From an uncultured archaeon (GTDB lineage Archaea > Asgardarchaeota > Lokiarchaeia > Sigyniarchaeales > SOKP01), in NCBI GenBank assembly GCA_964525635.1, contig CAZGJX010000035.1:1-36069 (forward strand): a stretch of 36,069 nt of DNA. Reading direction: 5' to 3'. Position 1 is the first letter of the stretch. Each line of letters begins with the position of its first letter. This document shows positions 9,577 to 18,280 of the stretch, one piece after another. The position numbers and the translations under genes are program-made. The notes beneath the pieces were generated by a model. The model saw only the letters and a program-made list of their open reading frames with translations, was not told the origin of the DNA and did no database searches.

Positions 9577-10329
9577 ATGAGTGGAATTACAGATTCTAAA
9601 ACAGCTATTAAGAAAATACAAATGCTAATTGATGAAATAAAAGCATTAAATACAGATAATATCCCCAAATTATTAGAACATCCTAAAAAATTACTTGAAT
9701 CTGTTGAAGCTTTTGAAGTAGAAAAAAATGAGAATATTAAAACAATTGAAACAAATACAGATGAAATTAATTCTCTTAAGTCAAAAATTTCGCAAAATGA
9801 CCGAGATATTATAAAATTAGATGAAGATATAAAGGATTTAAACACAAGAAAACAAGAGTTTATAGATAAAATTCAAGAGATTCAAAATAAATTAACTGAA
9901 GTTCAAGAAAATATAAAAACTAAAAAAGAAGAATATGAATCCAGAACTCAAAGATTGAAAGAATTAGAAAATATAATCTCTAGTTTAAAAGTAGAACAAG
10001 AGAAATTTGATGATAAAATAAAAGAACTTGAAAAAGAATTAGAAGGTAATTTTTTAAAAAGAAAGAATTATGTAGATAGCTATATAAATCGCGTGGCTGC
10101 TATGAATCTTTTGATTAGAAGAGATTATATTCAATCAGACCAAATCAGATTAATAAAACATTTACAATTGGATGCTAGTTTAGATCTAAAGAGTATTTTA
10201 ATTGCAATTGATATGAGAGAGGATAAAGCAAGACAAATTCTAAGGAAAATGGTCGAAGAGAATGGTCCAATAAAATATGACGAACAAACAGGGATAGTAA
10301 CCCTATTAGAGGAGGTTGATTTCAAGTGA
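9577..10329 (+). CDS. Long coiled-coil protein with a C-terminal winged-helix domain
   Basis: About 150 aa of heptad-patterned K/E/I/L helix, followed by QIRLIKHL…LDLKSILIAIDMREDKARQILRKMVEENGPIKYDEQTGIVTL (HTH plus beta-hairpin wing). Confidence 0.75.
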   Translation: MSGITDSKTAIKKIQMLIDEIKALNTDNIPKLLEHPKKLLESVEAFEVEKNENIKTIETNTDEINSLKSKISQNDRDIIKLDEDIKDLNTRKQEFIDKIQEIQNKLTEVQENIKTKKEEYESRTQRLKELENIISSLKVEQEKFDDKIKELEKELEGNFLKRKNYVDSYINRVAAMNLLIRRDYIQSDQIRLIKHLQLDASLDLKSILIAIDMREDKARQILRKMVEENGPIKYDEQTGIVTLLEEVDFK

Positions 10330-11063
10330 GCTCTTCAAAAGAAGTCTTAAGTCTAATAGAACAGTTTGAAAATATCTTTGATACATATCAACAATCACTG
10401 AAGAAAAATTCTGATGAAATAATTCAAAATCTTAGTTCAATCTGGAAAAATATGAAAACTGAGCAAGAGGAAATCGCAAAATTGGAAGAAACAATCAGAA
10501 CTCAAAATTCAGAATTAACTGAATTAAAAACTAAAGCAACTGAATTAGATAAAAAAATTGAGTCCTTAAAATCAACTAAGGAAGAATTAAATTCAAAAAT
10601 CATAGAACTTACATCTACTCTTGAAAGAAATACAACGGAGTTTAAAAAACCTGAATTTGAACTTGAGACCCTCCTATCTAATCTGAATTCTGTTAATGAT
10701 AAAATTCAAGAAAAAGAAACAGAAAAATCTGATTTAGATCAGAAAAAACTCAATAATGAACAAAAAGAAAAAGAATTGAAGATTAGTTATTCAGAAGAAA
10801 AAATGGATGCTTTAGAGAAACAATTAGTTGAAATTAGGGGTAAGAATTTCTTTAGTTCATTTCTTATTGAACATTCGGACGCAGAAGTTCCTGAAGTTGA
10901 AATATTAGCTACTATAATGAATAAGGGAGGACAAGCTAATTTAGAGGATTTGAAAAAATCACTTGATATTCCGCCAATTATGGCTGTCCGTACAATTAAA
11001 CAATTAGCAGTAAAAGGTATTATTAATTTAAATGAAGATACTAATGCAATAACTATGGGTTAA
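10326..11063 (+). CDS. Second long coiled-coil protein with a C-terminal winged-helix domain, coupled to the previous gene
   Basis: GTGA 4-nt start/stop overlap. Coiled coil followed by EVEILATIMNKGGQANLEDLKKSLDIPPIMAVRTIKQLAVKGIINLNEDTNAITM (wHTH). Confidence 0.78.
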   Translation: MSSSKEVLSLIEQFENIFDTYQQSLKKNSDEIIQNLSSIWKNMKTEQEEIAKLEETIRTQNSELTELKTKATELDKKIESLKSTKEELNSKIIELTSTLERNTTEFKKPEFELETLLSNLNSVNDKIQEKETEKSDLDQKKLNNEQKEKELKISYSEEKMDALEKQLVEIRGKNFFSSFLIEHSDAEVPEVEILATIMNKGGQANLEDLKKSLDIPPIMAVRTIKQLAVKGIINLNEDTNAITMG

Positions 11064-11101
11064 TTATTTTATTTTTTTTTTTATTATTCATTTTATTTTT
11101 T
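11064..11101 (+). terminator. T-rich tract, probable archaeal intrinsic terminator
   Basis: Long oligo-T runs directly after the stop of the coiled-coil gene pair. Confidence 0.45.
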
Positions 11102-11264
11102 AATTCAATTTATTAAAGATATGAAGATATTTGCATAAAATAAAATCAATTATCATCACATAATTATAGAAAAGTGAAATTCTTAGGTAAAGACAAAGCC
11201 AAATATTTTAATCATTATTTAATCTAATTTATGTATTGAAAAAATATTTTGAAGGTGAAGAATC

Positions 11265-11564
11265 ATCAAAACAAATTTAAAAATAATAATAATATCTCTT
11301 TTGATAGGTATTCCCATATCAATAATAGGATTGATTACAGGAATAGGTAATTTGATTCCTTATTTATCGATTGATTTAACCTATTTATGGATCGCAGTTG
11401 GATTTCTTATGTTTGGATTAGGAATAGCAATTCCAATTATAACATTATCTTTAGTTGGAGGACTTAATTCTTATACTGAAATAACAAGAAAATGTGTTAA
11501 ATGTGGAAAGGGTGTTCCTTGGGATGCTAAATTTTGTCCTTATTGCAAATATGAATTAACTTAA
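11265..11564 (+). CDS. Small membrane protein (2 TM) with a C-terminal zinc ribbon
   Basis: Two hydrophobic helices, then CVKCGKGVPWDAKFCPYCK. The ORF track starts at TTG 11301, but a GAAGGTGA SD at 11251-11258 points to the in-frame ATC at 11265. Confidence 0.75.
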   Translation: MKTNLKIIIISLLIGIPISIIGLITGIGNLIPYLSIDLTYLWIAVGFLMFGLGIAIPIITLSLVGGLNSYTEITRKCVKCGKGVPWDAKFCPYCKYELT

Positions 11565-11653
11565 TTATTTTTTTATCTTTTTTTATTATAGTTAGTCTAA
11601 TTTGAATCTAATAAAAAATTAAAGTCTAATTTCATTTCTAAATATATAAAACT

Positions 11654-12520
11654 ATGTTTGTAGAAAAAATCAAAGAAATACAACAAAAATATAATATCAT
11701 TGGAAGAACTAGTGAGTTAAAGAAAATCCTTATAGCTCGTTCAATAGGAAAAAACATCTTAATTGAAGGAGAAGTTGGTGTTGGTAAAACTACCTTAGCA
11801 GAAGCAATTTCAAAATACTATGATACAAATTTCTTTCGAGTTGATTGTTCGGAAGAAACATTAACTCATAATCTCATTGGACATTGGGATCCTCCTTTAG
11901 TTATTGCAAAAGGATATGTGGAAGATTCCTATGTATATGGGCCTCTTACATCTGCTATGGTAAATGGAGGATGTTTATTTATTAATGAAATAAATCGAAT
12001 GCCTGAGAGTACTCAAAATGTTTTATTAACCGCTTTAGATGAAAAGATTCTAGATATCCCAAAATTAAAGAAGATCAAAGCTAAAGATAGTTTCTTTGTT
12101 ATTGCTACACTTAATCCATCCGCTCATGTTGGTGTAACTGTTCTTGGGGAAGCAATTATGGATAGATTTATTTGGATTAAGTTGGATTACCAAAAAAAAG
12201 AGGAAGAGCTAGAAATAATCAAAAAAGAAGTAAATTTTAATGGAAGCATAGATGAGAATATCATTTATACTTCTCAGAAAATCGTTGAGGCAACAAGAAA
12301 TATTGTTTCAATCCGAAGAGGAAGTTCAATAAGAGGAGGAATCGATTTAGCAGCACTATTATCACAATATCAAGATTATAAAAGCTCTAAAAATTGGATA
12401 GAAGCTTCAATTATGGCACTATATAATAAAATTGAAATTGAAGATGGCATTACAAGAACAAAAAAGGAAGTAATAACAGATATAGTCTTATCGGTTCTAA
12501 ATAATTCAGATTTTCAATAA
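11654..12520 (+). CDS. MoxR-family AAA+ ATPase (CoxD/GvpN-like)
   Basis: Walker A GEVGVGKT, Walker B variant LFINEINR, QNVLL, ATLNP, AIMDRF (Arg finger) and GSSIRGG (sensor 2). Confidence 0.9.
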   Translation: MFVEKIKEIQQKYNIIGRTSELKKILIARSIGKNILIEGEVGVGKTTLAEAISKYYDTNFFRVDCSEETLTHNLIGHWDPPLVIAKGYVEDSYVYGPLTSAMVNGGCLFINEINRMPESTQNVLLTALDEKILDIPKLKKIKAKDSFFVIATLNPSAHVGVTVLGEAIMDRFIWIKLDYQKKEEELEIIKKEVNFNGSIDENIIYTSQKIVEATRNIVSIRRGSSIRGGIDLAALLSQYQDYKSSKNWIEASIMALYNKIEIEDGITRTKKEVITDIVLSVLNNSDFQ

Positions 12521-13632
12521 TCGATGATTTCTCAGAGGATATTCTCAAAGAGGAGGAGAAAAAACGACTTCATGTAAGACTTACAGATCTTCCTTCAGAT
12601 AAAGATATACTTAAGTTAGAAATTATAAGAAAAAGGAAGAAAAACCCCAGTTATTACCAACATTTGGCAAATACTTTAGACTATAAGCAAATCAAGGATT
12701 TAACTTATACTGCTATAGAACATAAAAATCTAGAAGCTATAAGAGGATTATTAAAATCAAATGTCTATGCCGCAACTGATGCATTAGATTGTGATGAAGG
12801 TGTGAAATTTTTTTCAGAAAAATCAAAAGAAGCCCCAGGGTTTATGCCAGAGGTCTATTTCTTTATTAGACGTCCTATATCTGAAAAATATCGATATGTT
12901 TTTAGAAGACTTGCTCGCCAAAGTATTTTAAAAACTTCTTTAAAAATTACTAGTCGTGGAATTCGTGGTTTTAAGAGAAAAACAATACCATACTATAAAA
13001 TTGGAATGCCAGAATTTAATATAGATGAAACAATCCAACATAATCCATTAAAAATTCTAAAAAGATCAATAAATTATCAAGATATATATGGAATAAAAAG
13101 AAAACGTCAAAAAAGAAAGGTGATTCTAATCCTTGATACAAGTGGCAGTATGTTCGGACGACTTTTATTAAATGCTGCTTTAACTACTTCGGTTTTAGCT
13201 CATAATTTAGTTAAAGAAAATTATTCTATCATATTATTTAATTCTACAGCGATAGTATTAAAAGTGATCAGAGAAAAGAAATCAATCAATAAAATTATTG
13301 ATGATATTTTAGATTCAGAAGCAGTTGGTTTTACTAATATCTATATTGGGTTGAAAAAAGGTTTAGATGAATTAAACAAATTACAAAAAAGAGCAAAAAA
13401 TGAATTTGCGATATTAATTACTGATGGTAATTATAATCGTGGAGAAAATCCAATAGATATTGCAAAGGAATTTCCGAAACTACATGTTATCGGGATGCCT
13501 CCAGATAATGATGCTGATTTAGGAATTCAAACTTGTAGAGAAATAGCAAAATCAGGGAAAGGTAAATTTTATGCTGTGAATGATTATAAGGAAATACCAC
13601 GAGCCTTGATTAATTTATTATCTCATACATGA
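12517..13632 (+). CDS. vWA (MIDAS) domain protein, partner of the MoxR ATPase (CoxE-like)
   Basis: ILDTSGSM (DxSxS), GFTNIYIGL and ILITDG motifs. The frame is open from 12505, so the true start is uncertain (ATA 12517 or TTG 12664). Confidence 0.85.
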   Translation: MIDDFSEDILKEEEKKRLHVRLTDLPSDKDILKLEIIRKRKKNPSYYQHLANTLDYKQIKDLTYTAIEHKNLEAIRGLLKSNVYAATDALDCDEGVKFFSEKSKEAPGFMPEVYFFIRRPISEKYRYVFRRLARQSILKTSLKITSRGIRGFKRKTIPYYKIGMPEFNIDETIQHNPLKILKRSINYQDIYGIKRKRQKRKVILILDTSGSMFGRLLLNAALTTSVLAHNLVKENYSIILFNSTAIVLKVIREKKSINKIIDDILDSEAVGFTNIYIGLKKGLDELNKLQKRAKNEFAILITDGNYNRGENPIDIAKEFPKLHVIGMPPDNDADLGIQTCREIAKSGKGKFYAVNDYKEIPRALINLLSHT

Positions 13633-13687
13633 ATAATTATTTAAAAAATTAGAAGTAAATAAATAAAAAAAAGATTTTAAAATATTT

Positions 13688-15577
13688 TTAGAAATTTTTG
13701 ACGTTAAATTTATTCCTCATAAGTACTAAAATACCAAAAATAAAAATTACAGCTAAGATAAATAATATGGAAATTTCATATCCAGGAATTTCCCCGTTTC
13801 CTCCACCTTCATTTCCATCTAATACTGTAATCTTTATTAATGCATTACAATTTTTATCATAATCACTATATGCGTAGATTTCAATCCAATATTCCCCTAC
13901 GGTAAGAGGAATTATATTTGTAATTAGACCATTCGAATCAATATTAAAATTTGCAGTATCATTTATCACATAATTTATATTTCCAGAAAGAACGGAAGCA
14001 TCAACGTTATAAGAGAGATCATCTCCATAATTAATGACTTGATCTAAAGGTATTTCATCCCATTTGGGGGGTACATTATTAAATGCATTTGTATTAACCA
14101 TTTCTAAATTATAGCTAAAAACACTATCATAAAAATAAAATATTCCCTTTAATAGGATCCCTGTATTCTTTTCATACCAAGCCATACCTCCAGGTAATGT
14201 CTGATCTAATACTTCTATTACATCAAATTGTCCAACTCCGGGTATATTGAGAATTGTTTCACCATTAACCAAAAACATATGATCCCCTTCACCATCAACA
14301 CTTATAGGAATTAAGTCACCATTTGATACATCTGTAAATATCCAAATAGGACTATGACTACTATCGTTAAAATGATTAGAACCAACTGGATTTTCCATGA
14401 TTCTATTCTGAGTATTTTCATCCCAATGACTACTAGAAGGAGTGCCCATGAGAACTAAATCCCATGTAACATTGAAAATATTATTAGATATTTGAGAATA
14501 AGTAAATTTTGAAGGAAAGCTTTCGGTTAACATATTAAATGTATAATCTATAAACATCCCATCAAATATATTTGATTCTTCAGAAATATATAATAACTCC
14601 TCATCAACATTATTTTGAATCAATGATTCATCTATTACTGGAGGAGTATATGCAGTAAAATTATAACTCTGGTATTCCGCTGGTGTCCATGCATAATCAA
14701 TTGATATACATTCCCCTATATGAAGATCTGAGATAAATAAACTGTTAACAATTGTTCCATCATAGTATAAATAGAGATTTATATTACTTTCATCAAAATC
14801 TCCAACATTAGAAACTTCTGCTGTAATCACATAATCATTATTAATTTGAATATTTTCTGGAACCTCTACTTCAACTTTTAGATCATGATTAAGGTCGTTA
14901 TGATCCATATTTGCATTACTATCTATAATATGCATATTATACGATTGAGCCCCACCAGCATAAATAAAGTCCCCAATTAAAAGAATCCCTGAATTCTTTT
15001 CGTAAAATGCCATTCCTCCAGAAGTTGTCAAATCGATAAGTGCAAATGCTTCCAATTCTCCAAATCCAGATATATCAAAAATAACTTCATGATTAACAGA
15101 AAAAATATGATTCCCTTCACCATCGACACATATAGGTATTTCATCTCCTATTGAAACATTTGTATATATCCATATTGGTGTATGACAATTATCGTCAAAA
15201 TAAGCGTCCCCACCTGCATTTTCCATCATTCTAGTCTGAATATTAACATCCCAATAACCTATATAAGAGGTACCTTCAATCATGAGTTCGAATATAACAT
15301 GAAACACATCATCAGATATTTGATAATAGGTTATATTTATAGGATAACCCAGACTTTCATATTCAATATATAACCCATCAAATATATTAATCTCTGCACT
15401 AGTAGATAATTCCTTAAATAATTTATTCTGAATCAAAGAATTATCCATATTTCCATCTATATGTACTTGATTACTTAAAAGTACATTAGGTATTACAATT
15501 TGTAGTGTAAAAATAGTCAAAATTAATAAAAGATTTGACTTTTTATTCTTATTGAATTTATATTTAAAATTTCTCAT
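13688..15577 (-). CDS. Cell-surface protein: signal peptide, duplicated ~160-aa beta domain flanking a CARDB/Ig domain, an Ig/cadherin-like domain and an IPGY-TM-basic (Loki-CTERM-like) anchor
   Basis: Basic plus hydrophobic N-terminus. CARDB-like HDLKVEVEVP…ITAEVSNVGDFDE…WTP…IQNN. Two NIFDG…PIWI…VDGEG…GGMAxYEKNxGILL repeats. C-terminus GEIPGYEISILFILAVIFIFGILVLMRNKF. Confidence 0.82.
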   Translation of the reverse strand: MRNFKYKFNKNKKSNLLLILTIFTLQIVIPNVLLSNQVHIDGNMDNSLIQNKLFKELSTSAEINIFDGLYIEYESLGYPINITYYQISDDVFHVIFELMIEGTSYIGYWDVNIQTRMMENAGGDAYFDDNCHTPIWIYTNVSIGDEIPICVDGEGNHIFSVNHEVIFDISGFGELEAFALIDLTTSGGMAFYEKNSGILLIGDFIYAGGAQSYNMHIIDSNANMDHNDLNHDLKVEVEVPENIQINNDYVITAEVSNVGDFDESNINLYLYYDGTIVNSLFISDLHIGECISIDYAWTPAEYQSYNFTAYTPPVIDESLIQNNVDEELLYISEESNIFDGMFIDYTFNMLTESFPSKFTYSQISNNIFNVTWDLVLMGTPSSSHWDENTQNRIMENPVGSNHFNDSSHSPIWIFTDVSNGDLIPISVDGEGDHMFLVNGETILNIPGVGQFDVIEVLDQTLPGGMAWYEKNTGILLKGIFYFYDSVFSYNLEMVNTNAFNNVPPKWDEIPLDQVINYGDDLSYNVDASVLSGNINYVINDTANFNIDSNGLITNIIPLTVGEYWIEIYAYSDYDKNCNALIKITVLDGNEGGGNGEIPGYEISILFILAVIFIFGILVLMRNKFNVKNF

Positions 15578-15932
15578 TGAGTATCACCCTTATTTTAATT
15601 AATTATATTGTTAATGATAAAATCGTAAATATTATTAATAAAACAATTTAGACCGATCTTTTACAGACTATTTTTTTTCAAAAATAGTTGATTATTGATA
15701 TATTAATTTTCTTTTTTTGATATTTTTAGATCAAATTTAAATCAAGTAGACAAATAAATATAACCGTAAGACAAAATTTTAAAATTATTGATTAGAACTC
15801 AGTCTTACAATATAATTTATAAATATAAAACATAAAACTCTGTAAATCACAATACTCTATAATATTTACATAAAAATTCTTCAAAAAAAAGAAAGAAAGG
15901 ATATTAAAACTAATCTAATAATTATTTTTCCA

Positions 15933-16658
15933 ATGAGCAATTATTCAAATATATCTTCAATTGGATTGGAGCATCCAAGTGTCAAGAAAGTAATCGAAAT
16001 AGCAGAAGCTATTGTTTATGAGAATAAAGTACTAAATATTGATGCTTTATACTATCGAGCTAAAAGAACGTTAAAAATTCCACGTAAAGGTTTAAATACA
16101 ATAATACAATTCTTGATAAATAAAAAAATCTTGGTAAATCGTTCAAAATATATAAAAAAAACAGTATTAACTAGTGATTTACGTCAGAAAATTTATAATT
16201 TCATATATAACAATATAGGAACACATTTTTCTCTTCTAAAAAAGCATTTTTCTTCTGAAGATAAATCGCAAAGTCCTGGTGAACTTATATGGCACTTAGA
16301 TATGCTTCTTAAATTCAATTATATTAAGAAATTGAATTTTCAAAAATACACTATTTTTCTTCCTTCTGAAATTGATGATGAATCTGGGGTTGTTTATTTC
16401 CTCATTAAGGATAGTTTAAATAAAAAAATAATTAATCTTTTAATTTCAAATGGATCTCTTAAAAGAAATGAAATCTACAAATTATTACAGGAAAAAAGAG
16501 AAAATGTTTATTATCATCTGAATGTTTTAATTGAAAATAAAATAATAAACCTTAATGAAAATAATGAGATTATAATAAAAAGCAATTTAAAGAAAAAAAT
16601 ATTGAAAATGTTTAGTAACAAAAAAGAAATACCTAAGATAAGTTATAAAGCTAATTAA
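15933..16658 (+). CDS. Multi-winged-helix (ArsR/MarR-like) transcriptional regulator
   Basis: Two clear wHTH units (LRQKIYNFIYNNIGTHFSLLKK…LIWHLDMLLKFNYI and KKIINLLISNGSLKRNEIYKLL…VYYHLNVLIENKII), plus a likely third N-terminal one. Confidence 0.8.
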   Translation: MSNYSNISSIGLEHPSVKKVIEIAEAIVYENKVLNIDALYYRAKRTLKIPRKGLNTIIQFLINKKILVNRSKYIKKTVLTSDLRQKIYNFIYNNIGTHFSLLKKHFSSEDKSQSPGELIWHLDMLLKFNYIKKLNFQKYTIFLPSEIDDESGVVYFLIKDSLNKKIINLLISNGSLKRNEIYKLLQEKRENVYYHLNVLIENKIINLNENNEIIIKSNLKKKILKMFSNKKEIPKISYKAN

Positions 16659-16705
16659 ATTCATAGAGAGAATATTTCTCAAATAATAAAAAAAAAGGAA
16701 ATAAA

Positions 16706-17992
16706 ATGGAATTAACACTATTAGCAGAAATCATTACGGTTTTTATAATTGCTGCTGTCGCTTTCATAGAAGCAATAAGGTTGCTTTTAAATAAAAGCAT
16801 CAAAAAGACAGTTCCAATTATATACTTTAGATTATTTTTTTATTTCTTTACCATAATGATGTTATTAGGAGGTCTTTCTCTTGTTTTTAATAATGAAATT
16901 CTTTCTCGTCTATGTGGTATTATGCTATTTCCTCTCTCCATCTCTCTTATTATTGCCATTAATTATTTAATGCGTGAAAGCTATTATTCAATTAGCCTTA
17001 TAATTGTCTTTTGTTTAGGAATTTTATATACATATGAAGGAATTAAACCAGAGTCAATCAATACGGCAATTCATTTAAGATATGCTAAATTATTCGAGAT
17101 TGGTTTGTTTGGTATAATATTTTTTTTATTTACCATAATAATATGTTTCTATTTTTTATATTGGGCAATTAAAACAAGGATCAATGCTCCAATTTTAATA
17201 AAAAAAGAAGCATCTTATTTATTATATACTATAGTTTTTGCATTTTTTGGAATAATAATTTTTTATTTAATTTCTTTTATAGAGCCTATTTACTTTTTAT
17301 TTTGTGAATTTTTTTTGATGATTGCTGTTGTAATGTTTAGATTTTCGATTCTCAGAGAGCCTAAACTATTATATATTTTACCTTTTACTATTTATCATAT
17401 CCTTGTTAAAGATAAAGAGGGATATCCATTATTTGACCATGACTGGGCTGAATCAAATATAAATGAAAGACTTTTTACAGGTTTTATAAACTCTGTACAG
17501 ATTATGAGTGAAGAAGTAATGAAAGTTGGTGGATTGTTGGATATAAATTTGAAGGAAGGTATATTGACTTTAAATGAATTAGATTATATAACTGTTGGAT
17601 TGGTTGCTTCTAAGTCATCAGGATTATTAAAAGATTCCTTGATGAAATTTTCTGCAGATTTTGAAAATAAATTTCAAAGAGAACTCAAAAAATCCATTAG
17701 AAATAGAGAGGTTTATAGTTCTGCTTATGAATTAATTGAAAAATATTTCTCAAATTTTCCCTATAAAAATATTAGAAGCAAGAAAGACCCTCTTTTACTT
17801 ACAATCAAACAGAGAGAACTTCCATTAGTATTGGATAATAAATTAAAAGAGATTTTTAAAGATGACGAAGATTATATGGTAAAAAAAGAAGAATTATTAA
17901 AGATCCCAAATGAAGTTTCCTCAAGTTTTTTTGACCTCTATGAAGAGTTGAGGGATAAAACTGAGGATAATCAAAAAGAGGAGGATAAATAG
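16706..17992 (+). CDS. 7-TM membrane protein with a C-terminal cytoplasmic longin-like domain (paralog 1)
   Basis: Seven hydrophobic segments in aa 1-220, then a beta-beta-alpha-beta-beta-beta-alpha longin pattern: IYHILVKDKEGYPLFDHDW…LFTGFINSVQIMSEEVMKVGGLLDINLKEGILTLNELDYITVGLVASK…LKDSLMKFSADFENKF. Confidence 0.78.
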   Translation: MELTLLAEIITVFIIAAVAFIEAIRLLLNKSIKKTVPIIYFRLFFYFFTIMMLLGGLSLVFNNEILSRLCGIMLFPLSISLIIAINYLMRESYYSISLIIVFCLGILYTYEGIKPESINTAIHLRYAKLFEIGLFGIIFFLFTIIICFYFLYWAIKTRINAPILIKKEASYLLYTIVFAFFGIIIFYLISFIEPIYFLFCEFFLMIAVVMFRFSILREPKLLYILPFTIYHILVKDKEGYPLFDHDWAESNINERLFTGFINSVQIMSEEVMKVGGLLDINLKEGILTLNELDYITVGLVASKSSGLLKDSLMKFSADFENKFQRELKKSIRNREVYSSAYELIEKYFSNFPYKNIRSKKDPLLLTIKQRELPLVLDNKLKEIFKDDEDYMVKKEELLKIPNEVSSSFFDLYEELRDKTEDNQKEEDK

Positions 17993-18280
17993 ATTTTTAA
18001 AAACTTATTCTATTATTATAGGGATTTTAATAGTAATTAGATTGTAAATAATCAGTCTAAATTATTTTATTAATGATGTTGAGTTTTTGGTAGTTAATAA
18101 AACATTAACTAAATATATAATAATCAAAATTATCTTAATGTTATTAGACTAATTGTTGGAAAGTTTTTATACTATAATCATTTGACTTTAATCTTAATTT
18201 GAACTATCTTAATAGAGAGTAGGAAAAAATAGAAGAGTTATTTTTTAATTTATAAATTAAAATATATCAAATTGGAAAAA

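Noticed and set aside
9525-10325. Minus-strand ORFs 9525-9845 and 10131-10325
   Set aside because: S/F/I-rich antisense shadows of the K/E-rich coiled-coil gene.
9577-11063. SMC/Rad50 or ESCRT-III (CdvB/Snf7) identity for the coiled-coil proteins
   Set aside because: No Walker A/B, signature or hinge motifs. The continuous long coiled coil does not show a Snf7 pattern I can recognise. A profile search is needed to exclude it fully.
15182-15373. 63-aa + strand ORF
   Set aside because: Lies antisense within the surface protein gene.
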